Of a stretch of DNA of 60,214 nt, positions 29,487-38,482 are shown piece by piece. Position 1 is the first letter of the stretch; every line of letters starts with the position of its first letter. The stretch covers positions 1 to 60,214 of the forward strand of contig CATLEJ010000001.1 of assembly GCA_949916125.1 (NCBI GenBank). The letters are read 5' to 3'. This stretch comes from an uncultured Oscillospiraceae bacterium. GTDB lineage: Bacteria > Bacillota > Clostridia > Oscillospirales > Oscillospiraceae. A program made the translations under genes and the position numbers. Below the pieces are notes generated by a model. It was given only the letters and a program-made list of their open reading frames with translations, ran no database searches and had not been told where the DNA came from.

Positions 29487-30699
29487 GCGGGGCAAGCCCC
29501 TGCCGCCCCAGCTGGAGGCGGCGCTGAATGCGCAGGCAGGGTTAGCAGTTTATCTCACACCCATCCAAAATGCGCCGCTGGCGTTCCATATGAACCAGCG
29601 GGACGAGGCCATCGACCTGGGGGATATTTCCGGCGCTTTGATGGCCACGTCCAATATGCAGATGCAGACCTTCGTTTCAACCCCGGTGACAGCCTTCGCG
29701 GCCAATCAGCGGGACGAGGTGCGCGATCTGCACGATGTGGCCGGAGCATTGTCTGCTCAACCGGGGATGAAACAGCAGACATTTGTGGCAAACTGCCTAA
29801 ACCCCTGGGACACCCAACAGGCCCGGATCACCGCGTTGGATGGTGTGTCCCCCACCATCAACAGCGGCGAGGCCAAACCGGGCGGGCTGGTCTTTGCCGC
29901 TGGCTTCTGCGCCGGGGCAGGGCCGTCTGCCGGAAGCATCGGCTATCAGGAGGAGGTGGCTCCCACTCTGAAAGCGGCCGCCAGCGGAAATATGATGCCG
30001 TCCGTGCTGTGCCTCAACGACCAGGGCGGGCAAATCATGGAATGTTCCGAAGATGTGGCAGGCACGCTCCGGGCCCAGGAACACGGGCATCAGCCTCTCG
30101 TGTTTGAAAATCATGGGATCGATGCGAGATATACAGGCCCCCACAAAGTTGCGCCCACCTTATCTGCCAGGGCGGGTACAGGCGGGAACAACCTCAGCCT
30201 TGTCATGCAGGAGGAGGAACCCGTGTTCTGCATCACCGGCAATGCCATCGACCGCCAGCCGGAGAACGGCGGGAACTGGCTCGGTATCCAGGAGGATATC
30301 GCTTATACCCTCACCGCTACAGATCACCACGCCATCTTTGCCCGCCAGCGGTGCGACAAGTTCCAGGAGGACGGCGTGACCTCCACCCAAAGCGCCCACC
30401 AGCAGAAGGATGTGACCGACCTCATATATCAGGAAACCGTCGGTGCGCTCACCGCTGGTGACAGCAAAGGGCCCAACTCCCAGTATGTTTCACAGGACAA
30501 ATTGGTGGTGGAAGCTCCGTTGCTTATAAGGCGTCTAACACCAAGGGAGTGCGAACGCCTCCAGGGCTATCCTGACGATTGGACTGATCTGCCCGGTGCG
30601 GCGGACTCCCCCAGATACCGTGCGCTCGGCAACAGCGTGGCCATCCCGTGCGTGGAATACCTGATGTATGGGATGGCCCTGGTTTTAAGGGCCGGGTAG
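29119..30699 (+). CDS. C5 methyltransferase beta part: overlapping-frame peptide + multiple TRD-like repeats + motifs IX/X
   Basis: SLSQILE...YYLSRKACLGILRRA; IRRLTPRECERLQGYPD; RYRALGNSV; overlaps alpha by 368 nt in another frame. Confidence 0.85.
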   Translation: MYSEGEQLVLLDPDLWRGRTSRARSARAPRRGRTSASSSRRSVKLVAIPFMSLDLTPGHGNLLGESYWEILSPWLGGSWTLNTGVSPREGRACSLSQILEDSPPRKYYLSRKACLGILRRARERGKPLPPQLEAALNAQAGLAVYLTPIQNAPLAFHMNQRDEAIDLGDISGALMATSNMQMQTFVSTPVTAFAANQRDEVRDLHDVAGALSAQPGMKQQTFVANCLNPWDTQQARITALDGVSPTINSGEAKPGGLVFAAGFCAGAGPSAGSIGYQEEVAPTLKAAASGNMMPSVLCLNDQGGQIMECSEDVAGTLRAQEHGHQPLVFENHGIDARYTGPHKVAPTLSARAGTGGNNLSLVMQEEEPVFCITGNAIDRQPENGGNWLGIQEDIAYTLTATDHHAIFARQRCDKFQEDGVTSTQSAHQQKDVTDLIYQETVGALTAGDSKGPNSQYVSQDKLVVEAPLLIRRLTPRECERLQGYPDDWTDLPGAADSPRYRALGNSVAIPCVEYLMYGMALVLRAG

Positions 30700-30809
30700 T
30701 TGTTGGTTTCGCTTCGTTTCAGACGGTATCTTCGTTGGGTATGGTGAATAGCTATTCGGCCCGGTTGTCGGTATACTTGCGTTACAAAAACGGAGAGGAG
30801 GACGCCAAT

Positions 30810-31154
30810 ATGGCGGAAAATCAAAAAAATCTGTGTGCTATGATCCCGGCAGAACTGCACAGCCGGGTTCGGGCGGCGAAGGAACAGGCGGGAGTGACGC
30901 TGAGCGCGTACATCACCGAGCTGCTGACCAATTACTACGAAAAGGGGGAAGAAAAAATGGCGGAAGGGATGCGCACCATGGCCTTTCAGATGCCGGAGGA
31001 AATGTTTCAGCGGCTGAAGAAGCTCCTGGAGCAGGAGAGCGCCCGCACCGGCAAAAAGGTGAGCCAGAAGGAGTTCGTGCTGGGCCTGATCCAGCGGGCG
31101 CTGGACGAGGCGGAGCGGAAGGAGGCGGCCAGTCGTGGCGCTGACCTGGGATAA
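30810..31154 (+). CDS. double ribbon-helix-helix-like small DNA-binding protein
   Basis: KNLCAMIPAELH...LSAYITELL and RTMAFQMPEEMF...SQKEFVLGLI. Confidence 0.65.
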   Translation: MAENQKNLCAMIPAELHSRVRAAKEQAGVTLSAYITELLTNYYEKGEEKMAEGMRTMAFQMPEEMFQRLKKLLEQESARTGKKVSQKEFVLGLIQRALDEAERKEAASRGADLG

Positions 31155-31434
31155 CAGCAGCCGGAAGGATCAATCCGGCAAGGTGGTCAGCGAGAGCTAC
31201 CGGGCGCGGCTCCCCCACTGGGGCGAGGCCAGCGTACACCCCCACATCCACCACCCCGGGGAGATGCTTCTGGACTGCCCCGCTTTGGGCATCGATATGC
31301 ACCCCCTGGGGCAGATCGGGGCCGTGGAGGCACTGAACCCCGCGGAGCGGGTGCTGATGCTGACGCTGAAGGAACACGCGGTGTGGTGCCTGGATGCCAT
31401 GGAGGCCATCGGCAGCCCGGAGGACGGATTATAG
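31135..31434 (+). CDS. hypothetical protein
   Basis: AGGAGG SD, GTG start, 99 aa. Confidence 0.55.
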   Translation: MALTWDNSSRKDQSGKVVSESYRARLPHWGEASVHPHIHHPGEMLLDCPALGIDMHPLGQIGAVEALNPAERVLMLTLKEHAVWCLDAMEAIGSPEDGL

Positions 31435-31475
31435 ACGCAAAGGAGGGCGGCAAGCTGCCGCCCTTCCCCGTTCCG

Positions 31476-31694
31476 TCAGCCCTTCCGGGGTGGCCTCACG
31501 TTCACATCCGGGCCGACCGGCCCCTCAATGGCCCCATGTTCCGCTTCAAATTCGGCAATGCGCCGCTTGATAAGCTGCTCAATCTCCTTGTTCTTTGTCC
31601 GGCCCTCATATGCGGCGACAACAGTCAGCTTATCCAGCAGAATCTGAGGGATCCGCAGCGTATAGCGCGGCAAACTGTCTTTCATGTCTATCAT
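31476..31694 (-). CDS. Arc-family (RHH) repressor
   Basis: RYTLRIPQILLDKL...AAYEGRTKNKEIEQLI. Confidence 0.8.
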   Translation of the reverse strand: MIDMKDSLPRYTLRIPQILLDKLTVVAAYEGRTKNKEIEQLIKRRIAEFEAEHGAIEGPVGPDVNVRPPRKG

Positions 31695-31699
31695 CCTTT

Positions 31700-31780
31700 T
31701 GACGCATTATTGACATCATTATATCGTCAAGGTATAATCTTGTGCAGTTTTGGCGAATGTATGACGCATAACTGACGCAT
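31700..31780 (+). promoter_or_regulatory. consensus sigma70 promoter with repeated TGACGCAT boxes
   Basis: TTGACA 31710-15, 17-nt spacer, TATAAT 31733-38; TGACGCAT at 31700, 31762, 31773. Confidence 0.85.
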
Positions 31781-31797
31781 AGAAAAGAGGAGATATT

Positions 31798-32178
31798 GTG
31801 AAAGTCGCCGTTATTGGCTCAAGAGGGCTTTATGTGGATCATCTGAAAGACTATCTCCCGGAGGGAGTCACTGAGATCGTATCGGGCGGGGCGAAGGGGA
31901 TCGATACCTGCGCCAAGGACTACGCCCTGTGGCACGGGTTGAAGCTGACCGAGTTCCTGCCGGAGTACGAAAAGTACGGCAGGGGCGCGCCCCTGCGGCG
32001 GAACATCGCCATCATCGAGTACGCCGACTTTGTCCTGGCCTTCTGGGACGGCAAGTCCAGAGGGACAAAGTATGTGATCGACAACTGCAAGAAACGAAAT
32101 ATCCCTGTGGCGGTGTACCAGCCCGCCGCAGGCTCGGAGGCGAATGAATTTCAATGTACATCTACCCCAACAACCTGA
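31798..32178 (+). CDS. SLOG-superfamily (YspA/DprA-like) protein
   Basis: VAVIGSR, IVSGGAKGID, APLRRN, AFWDGKSRGT. Confidence 0.8.
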   Translation: MKVAVIGSRGLYVDHLKDYLPEGVTEIVSGGAKGIDTCAKDYALWHGLKLTEFLPEYEKYGRGAPLRRNIAIIEYADFVLAFWDGKSRGTKYVIDNCKKRNIPVAVYQPAAGSEANEFQCTSTPTT

Positions 32179-32420
32179 AAGCCAAGCCCACCCTGTGGCT
32201 GTGGGCGCTGCGGGACGTGGCGGTCATCGGCGTGGGCTTCATCCTGTCGGTGCTGGCGCTGGCCCAGCTGGGCCTGGTTCCGCCGCTCATCGCCACGGTA
32301 CTGTACGCCTTCCTCAGCATCCGGCTGGAGGATTCCAGCATCTTGGACTTTCTGCGCTACGCCATGTGCTTCCTGTTTTTGAAGCAGCAATACTTTGAAT
32401 GGAGGGAATCTGAAACTTGA
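32154..32420 (+). CDS. PrgI/VirB3-like small membrane protein
   Basis: MYIYPNNLKAK, two TM helices, upstream of VirB4. Confidence 0.65.
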   Translation: MYIYPNNLKAKPTLWLWALRDVAVIGVGFILSVLALAQLGLVPPLIATVLYAFLSIRLEDSSILDFLRYAMCFLFLKQQYFEWRESET

Positions 32421-32988
32421 ACCGAAAACAAAAAAAGAGCTGCGGGAGCGCCAGTCCACCCGCCAGCTCATGGGCATCAGCCAGCTCACCGATCACGGCG
32501 TGAAAACCGCCAAAGGGGAGCTGGTCTTTTTTATGCTCAGGCCGGATAACCTGTCCGTGCTGTCTCCCGAGGGGGTGCGGGGGCGGGTCACCGCCCTCAC
32601 CAACCTGCTCCGGGCCACCCCCGCGGTGCGCTTCCTGGCCATGGACTCCCGGGAATCCTTCCAGGCCAACCAGGACTTCTACCGCCGCCGTCTGGAGGCG
32701 GAGCCCCTCCCCGCGGTGCGGGAGCTGCTGCGTCAGGACGCCGCCCACCTGGACGACATCCAGGCCACCACCGCCTCGGCCCGAGAGTTCGCCTTGGTGT
32801 ACCCTGTAGATAAGGACAGCGCCGCCGATCCCCGACAGACCGAAAAAAGCCTCCGAGATGGGGGCTTCCATGTCCGGCTGGCGGATGCCCAGGACATCAA
32901 GCGCATCCTGTCTGTCTACTACCAACGGGACATGGCCACGGAGTCCTTCCCCGATTTTGACGGCGAGGAGGCGGTGCGCCATGGCTAA
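32395..32988 (+). CDS. conjugation-associated protein (VirB4 N-terminal-like partner)
   Basis: RPDNLSVLS motif; position between PrgI-like gene and virB4; start uncertain. Confidence 0.6.
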   Translation: MNGGNLKLEPKTKKELRERQSTRQLMGISQLTDHGVKTAKGELVFFMLRPDNLSVLSPEGVRGRVTALTNLLRATPAVRFLAMDSRESFQANQDFYRRRLEAEPLPAVRELLRQDAAHLDDIQATTASAREFALVYPVDKDSAADPRQTEKSLRDGGFHVRLADAQDIKRILSVYYQRDMATESFPDFDGEEAVRHG

Positions 32989-34816
32989 GAAAGTGCAGAA
33001 GAAGAAAACAGCGCCCAAGCCCGCCGCCCCGTCCAAGCCCAAGGATTTCCTGGACATGGCAGCCCCTTCGGTGGTGAAGTTCAACACGGATAGCTCCATT
33101 ATCGGCTGCGGGTACCATACCTTCCTGACCCTGCGGGGCTATGCCGCCTCTACGGAGGAGCTGGCCCTGCTGAGCCGCCTGGGGGCGAAGGACGGGGTGA
33201 ACCTCTCCCTCTATGCCCGGCAGGTCACCGCCGCCGAGGAGAAGCAGATCATCCAGAACGCCAGCAACAAAAACCGCCTGACTCGCTCCAACACCAACGA
33301 CCTCCAGCAGTCCGTGGCGGCGGAGAGCGACCTCCAGGACGTGGCCGCGCTGGTCACCCAGATGTACCGCAGCCGGGAACCGCTGATCCACTGTGCCGTA
33401 TTCATCGACATCAGCGCCCCGGATATGGCGAAGCTGTCCACGCTGAAGGACTTCGTCACCGCCGAGCTGGCCCGGTGCAAGCTCACCCCCGACCCCCTGC
33501 TGCTGCGCCAGCGGGAGGGCTTCCAGGCCGCCAACCCCACGGGGTTCAACGCCTTCGGCTCCCAGTTTGAGCGGGTTCTGCCCGCGTCCAGCGTGGCGAA
33601 CCTGGACTTTTTCAACTACTCCGGCAAGACCGATCCCCGGGGTTTCTATGTGGGCCGGGACCGTTACGGCTCCAACGTCATCGTGGATTTAGACCGGAGG
33701 GCGGAGGACAAGACCACCGCCAGCGTCCTGATTTTGGGCAACTCCGGCCAAGGGAAGTCATATCTGCTCAAACTGCTCCTGTGCAACATTCTGGAGAGCG
33801 GAAAGTCCGCCATCTGCCTCGACCCGGAGCATGAGCTGATCGACCTGTGCGCCAACCTGGGCGGGTGCTTCGTGGATCTGATGGACGGGCGGTACCGCAT
33901 CAACCCGCTGGAGCCCAAGGCGTGGAGCGTGGACACCGAGGAGGACGAAACAGCGCCTGAGACCTTCCGCCAGCGGACGCTCCTCAGCCAACATATCTCC
34001 TTCCTCAAGGATTTTTTCCGCTCCTATAAGGATTTCTCCGACGCCCACATCGACACCATTGAGCTGATGCTGGAGCGGCTGTACGCCAAATGGGGCCTGG
34101 ACGATGGCGCCGACTTCGCCGCCCTGGCCCCCGGCCAGTTCCCCATCCTCTCCGACCTCTATGACGTGATCGAGGATGCCTACGAGCGGTACGGGGACGA
34201 GGCCAGCCCCCTCTACCCCCGGGAGCTGCTCCGGGAGATCCTGCTGGGGCTCCACTCCCTGTGCCGGGGCGCGGAGAGCAAGTTTTTCAACGGCCACACC
34301 AACATCACCAGCTCCCGGTTCCTGGTGTTCGGGGTGAAGGGCTTATTGCAGGCAAGCAAAAATGTGAAGGACGCCATGCTGTTTAACGTGCTGTCTTTCC
34401 TCAGCGACAAGCTCCTCACCGTGGGCAATACGGTGGCGACCCTGGACGAGCTGTATATCTGGCTGTCCAACGTCACCACCATTGAGTACATCCGCAACAC
34501 GCTGAAACGGGTGCGCAAGAAGGAGTCCGCGCTGATCCTGGCCTCGCAGAACCTGGAGGATTTCGACGTGGACGGCATCCGGGAGCTGACCCGGCCCCTG
34601 TTCGCCATCCCCACCCACCAGTTCCTGTTCAACGCGGGCAGCGTGGACAAGAAGTTTTACATGGACAACCTCCAGCTGGAGGGCTCCGAGTACGAACTGA
34701 TCCGCTACCCCCAGCGGGGCGTGTGCCTGTACAAGTGCGGCAACGAGCGGTATCTGCTGGAAGTCCATGCGCCGGATTATAAGGAAAAGCTGTTCGGGGA
34801 GGCGGGCGGACGATGA
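32981..34816 (+). CDS. virB4: VirB4-family T4SS ATPase
   Basis: Walker A GNSGQGKS, LDPEHE, Walker B LDELY, RVRKK..LASQN. Confidence 0.92.
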   Translation: MAKKVQKKKTAPKPAAPSKPKDFLDMAAPSVVKFNTDSSIIGCGYHTFLTLRGYAASTEELALLSRLGAKDGVNLSLYARQVTAAEEKQIIQNASNKNRLTRSNTNDLQQSVAAESDLQDVAALVTQMYRSREPLIHCAVFIDISAPDMAKLSTLKDFVTAELARCKLTPDPLLLRQREGFQAANPTGFNAFGSQFERVLPASSVANLDFFNYSGKTDPRGFYVGRDRYGSNVIVDLDRRAEDKTTASVLILGNSGQGKSYLLKLLLCNILESGKSAICLDPEHELIDLCANLGGCFVDLMDGRYRINPLEPKAWSVDTEEDETAPETFRQRTLLSQHISFLKDFFRSYKDFSDAHIDTIELMLERLYAKWGLDDGADFAALAPGQFPILSDLYDVIEDAYERYGDEASPLYPRELLREILLGLHSLCRGAESKFFNGHTNITSSRFLVFGVKGLLQASKNVKDAMLFNVLSFLSDKLLTVGNTVATLDELYIWLSNVTTIEYIRNTLKRVRKKESALILASQNLEDFDVDGIRELTRPLFAIPTHQFLFNAGSVDKKFYMDNLQLEGSEYELIRYPQRGVCLYKCGNERYLLEVHAPDYKEKLFGEAGGR

Positions 34817-35601
34817 ATATCGTCTCGTATGGGGCTGGGATCAACAGCACCGCAATGCTGATCGGACTGCACCAAAGGGGCATCCCCATTGACTTGATCC
34901 TCTTTGCCGATCCCGGAGGGGAGCAGCCCTATACCTATGAGTACCTGCCCATCATGGACGACTGGCTGGCCCGCCATGGGATGCCCAGGCTCCAGACCGT
35001 CTACTGCACCGACAAGAACGGGGCTCGGCTGACCTTAGAACAGGAATGCCTGCGCTCCGCCACTCTGCCCGCCATCGCCTACGGATACAAGAAATGCTCC
35101 CTCAAACACAAAATCGCGCCCCAAGAGAAATTCTGCAACAACTACCCGCCCTGCCGGGAGGTCTGGGCCAGAGGGGAAAAGGTGGTGAAGTTTATCGGTT
35201 ACGACGTGGGAGAGGTGAACCGGCGTGAGAATGTCCGGGAACATGACGAGGCCGACCCCAAGTATATCAAGGTTTATCCGCTGATGGACTGGGGCTGGAC
35301 GCGGGAGGACTGCATTGCCGCTATCCAATCGGCGGGCCTGCCGCTGCCGGGCAAGTCCTCCTGCTTTTTCTGCCCCAGCATGAAGAAAAAGGAGATCCGC
35401 ACCCTGTACCATCGGCACCGGGATCTCTATGAGCGGGCCATCGCCATTGAGGACGGGGCAAAGCCCAACCTGATCACGGTGAAGGGGCTGGGGCGGGACT
35501 GGGCCTGGCGGGATTTCGTGGCGGCGGATCTGAACCAGCAGGCCATGTGCTGGATGTTCCCCGAGGACGATCTGCCCTGCAACTGCCATGACGGCGGATA
35601 G
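34813..35601 (+). CDS. PAPS-reductase-family (adenine nucleotide alpha-hydrolase) protein
   Basis: SYGAGINSTAML PP-loop-like motif, FADPGGE, YPLMDWGW, SSCFFCP, terminal CNC. Confidence 0.8.
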   Translation: MNIVSYGAGINSTAMLIGLHQRGIPIDLILFADPGGEQPYTYEYLPIMDDWLARHGMPRLQTVYCTDKNGARLTLEQECLRSATLPAIAYGYKKCSLKHKIAPQEKFCNNYPPCREVWARGEKVVKFIGYDVGEVNRRENVREHDEADPKYIKVYPLMDWGWTREDCIAAIQSAGLPLPGKSSCFFCPSMKKKEIRTLYHRHRDLYERAIAIEDGAKPNLITVKGLGRDWAWRDFVAADLNQQAMCWMFPEDDLPCNCHDGG

Positions 35602-35611
35602 GAGGATCAAT

Positions 35612-35893
35612 ATGGCTAAATCAATCGCAATTAAAATAGATGAGGCACTGTTCCGGGATATCCATGTCCAGGCGGCAAAGCGGAGGCTGTCCATTGAGCA
35701 GTACGTCACCGGGCTGATCAAACGGGATTTGTTCCCGGAAAGATTTACGGAACATGGCGTTGTGCTGCCCCCGGAGCAAAAGGAGCAAATCAGGGCTGCC
35801 GCCCAGGTGGCAAATGCCGGAGCCCGTCAGATCGAGGAAGCCTTGGCTAAGGTACAGGGCCAGCTGGAGCAGGGCGGGCCCACCATGATGTAG
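35612..35893 (+). CDS. small RHH-like protein
   Basis: KSIAIKIDEALF...SIEQYVTGLI; tail EQGGPTMM. Confidence 0.65.
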   Translation: MAKSIAIKIDEALFRDIHVQAAKRRLSIEQYVTGLIKRDLFPERFTEHGVVLPPEQKEQIRAAAQVANAGARQIEEALAKVQGQLEQGGPTMM

Positions 35894-35904
35894 GAGGATG
35901 CAAT

Positions 35905-37425
35905 ATGGAAATCATTGAATTTGACCGCTGGAAGCCCTCAGTGGACGATCCCCGGAAGGTGGAGTACGCGGGCCAGCGCACGGCCCAGGAAGTGTACGAG
36001 GAGCTGAAGCACCGGCTGGATGGCATGGGGTATCTGCCCGATGAGTATTTTCTGCTGCGCGATGAATGGAAAAATGGCCGAGAGATTCCCCGTGACGCCG
36101 ACCTGTTCTGCACCGTGGACTATGGGGCCAGCGAGGGCGTTTATGTGGACGTGTACCTCAAATGGTACGATGAGAAGCAGAAAAAGAGCATGACCGAGCG
36201 TTTCATCACGGGCAAAACCCTGGGCGAGAACGGGAACGACCTGGACCGGATGTTCCTCACCGCCTCGGCAATTACTAAAGCCGTTCACGGCGACCACGCC
36301 ACCCACGCCCGGTACATGAGGGTCGACGGCTTTTCGGGGCCCCCATCGAAGCCCAGCGAAGCGGGTTCGATGGGGAAAGGAGGAGCAAGGGAGCGAACGC
36401 AGTTTTCGCCACGGGCGGAAACGGAGTGGAGCGGACTTTGCGACGACGCGGGCAGGGTGGTGCATCTCAGCCAGCAGGAGGAAAAGGTCATCATCCAGGC
36501 GCTGGTGGAGCAGCGGGAGCGGCAGGAGGAGGCCATGTCCCAGACCGAGCAGCTTCTGCGCCGGATGACGGGCAGCATCACAGCCTATATGGACACCGTG
36601 GGCCAGCGGCCCTTGCGCATCAGTGACTATGACAAGGCGGTGCTGGCCGTCCGGGACGGAGAACTGTCCGCCTTCTTGGATTTGTACCCGAAGGTGCTGG
36701 ACACCCACGCGGGCGATCTGCTGGTGGAGGCGGCGGGCCGCCCCGGCGCGGTGGGGCGGCAGATGACCCGCGCCCTGCTGGACGATGTGGAGCGGTTCCC
36801 GGAACCCGCTTATGCCGCCGCCTGCCGAAAAGCCATCGACATCAACGACCCCCAAAAGGTGGCCTCCCTGCTGGCTAACGCGGCAGACCGGGTGGCGGAG
36901 CTGTCCCCCTCCTTCCACGGCGAGATGGCTGTCTATGCCTTTTTGGAACACGGTCATATCGCCAGGGAGATCATCAAGCAGTGTACCAATGAGCAGATCG
37001 CCGCCGCGCCGCCCCTCCTTCTGGAGCTGTTCGCCGCAGGGCCGGACTATGAAATGCTGTCCACCCTGGTGGACAAGGGCATCTCCGGGGGAGACAGCGC
37101 GGAGAGAACACTCCATATGCTGACCTATGAGGGCCACAACAGCTGGATCGCGGAGGAGCTTCTGGAGAAGCGGATGTGGGTAGATGTCAACGACTACCGG
37201 GCCCTCCATGCCTGTGTGGAAAACGACGCGGTGGACGTGGCAAAGCTACTGCTGGACAACGGCATGGACTTCGAGCAGTACCGCCAGCAGTTTCCCGACA
37301 GCGGCAGCCCCGACACCATCCAGGCGCTGGAGGAGTACTGGCAGACGATCCAGGAGCAGGCCCAGAAGCTGGAACAGGAGCAGGCCGACGCACCTGAGAT
37401 GGGAGGTGGCATGGCCCTTGGTTGA
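35905..37425 (+). CDS. hypothetical protein with ankyrin-like C-terminus and an in-frame 40-aa insertion
   Basis: ALHACVENDAVDVAKLLLDNGMD ankyrin-like segment; tail APEMGGGMALG. Confidence 0.75.
   Translation: MEIIEFDRWKPSVDDPRKVEYAGQRTAQEVYEELKHRLDGMGYLPDEYFLLRDEWKNGREIPRDADLFCTVDYGASEGVYVDVYLKWYDEKQKKSMTERFITGKTLGENGNDLDRMFLTASAITKAVHGDHATHARYMRVDGFSGPPSKPSEAGSMGKGGARERTQFSPRAETEWSGLCDDAGRVVHLSQQEEKVIIQALVEQRERQEEAMSQTEQLLRRMTGSITAYMDTVGQRPLRISDYDKAVLAVRDGELSAFLDLYPKVLDTHAGDLLVEAAGRPGAVGRQMTRALLDDVERFPEPAYAAACRKAIDINDPQKVASLLANAADRVAELSPSFHGEMAVYAFLEHGHIAREIIKQCTNEQIAAAPPLLLELFAAGPDYEMLSTLVDKGISGGDSAERTLHMLTYEGHNSWIAEELLEKRMWVDVNDYRALHACVENDAVDVAKLLLDNGMDFEQYRQQFPDSGSPDTIQALEEYWQTIQEQAQKLEQEQADAPEMGGGMALG
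36324..36448. repeat. palindromic miniature insertion element (REP/MITE-like) inside CDS
   Basis: CCCCATCGAA(36341-50)...TTCGATGGGG(36366-75) hairpin, second hairpin at about 36403-36421, flanking CGACG direct repeats 120 nt apart. Confidence 0.6.
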
Positions 37426-38476
37426 TCCCGTCCTGGTGGCAAAAGCCGCCGCCACCCTGCTCACCAACGAGAAAGCCCGGAAGGGTGTGGGCTGGGCCAT
37501 CGCCGCCATCCTCTCCCCCATCATCGTGGTGGTGGCCCTGCTGTGCGTTCTGGGCTCCGGCGCGGTGAGCCACAATATCTCCGCCGCCCAGCTGTGCTTC
37601 CAGGGCGGCGAGATCCCCGCCGATGTCCCCGCCGAATACCGGGTGTGTATTGAACAGACCCGGGCCAGCTTCGCGGAGCTGGACACTGTGATAGCGGACA
37701 TCCAATCGAATATGGACGAGGGAAACAGCCTCGACCCCATCCGGGTCAAGGCTGTGTTTTTCTCCCTGTATTTCGGCGGTGAGGCCCCGCCCCTCGCCCA
37801 GTTTGCCCACTGCTTCGCGTCCAGCGAGACTCGGACTGAAACGGTCACTGAGAAGGATGAGGATGGTAATGACATTGAGGTGGAGCGCATCTATAACGTG
37901 TTCGTTCCCATTGAGGATATGGCTAAGGTGTACGCCAACCTCGCCGCATCCCTCGGCGCGGACATCACGGAGGAACAGAAAACCAACGCCGACAGCGTGT
38001 ACAGCCTGATCAAGTACGGCTATCCTACCACGGGTGAAGGTGGCACCTTCGAGGGCGCGAATGTACCCTATGTGGGCGCGGACGGCTTCTGCTCCCCGGT
38101 GGGCGCCAACTGGCGGAACATTGTAACCTCTGAATTCGGCGGGCGCATCGACCCCATCACCGGCCAGCGGGACGGCCACACCGGCATGGATCTGGCCGTC
38201 CCCACTGGTACCCCCGTCCGGGCGGCGCTGCCCGGCACCGTCCGGGTGGCCAAGTACGACTCCAGCTACGGCTATTACGTGACCATCGGCCACGAGAACG
38301 GCCTGCTCACCCTGTACGGCCACAACTCCCGCCTGCTGGTGCATCCCGGCCAGGTGGTACAGGCCGGGGATGTGATTTCCCTGTCCGGCTCCACCGGACG
38401 GTCTACCGGGCCGCACCTCCACTTCGAGGTGCGGCTCAACGGGCAGAGGACGAACCCAAGATACTACTTACCATGA
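37418..38476 (+). CDS. M23 metallopeptidase (conjugative cell-wall hydrolase)
   Basis: N-terminal TM; HTGMD, YGH, TGRSTGPHLHFE. Confidence 0.9.
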   Translation: MVDPVLVAKAAATLLTNEKARKGVGWAIAAILSPIIVVVALLCVLGSGAVSHNISAAQLCFQGGEIPADVPAEYRVCIEQTRASFAELDTVIADIQSNMDEGNSLDPIRVKAVFFSLYFGGEAPPLAQFAHCFASSETRTETVTEKDEDGNDIEVERIYNVFVPIEDMAKVYANLAASLGADITEEQKTNADSVYSLIKYGYPTTGEGGTFEGANVPYVGADGFCSPVGANWRNIVTSEFGGRIDPITGQRDGHTGMDLAVPTGTPVRAALPGTVRVAKYDSSYGYYVTIGHENGLLTLYGHNSRLLVHPGQVVQAGDVISLSGSTGRSTGPHLHFEVRLNGQRTNPRYYLP

Positions 38477-38482
38477 AGGAGG

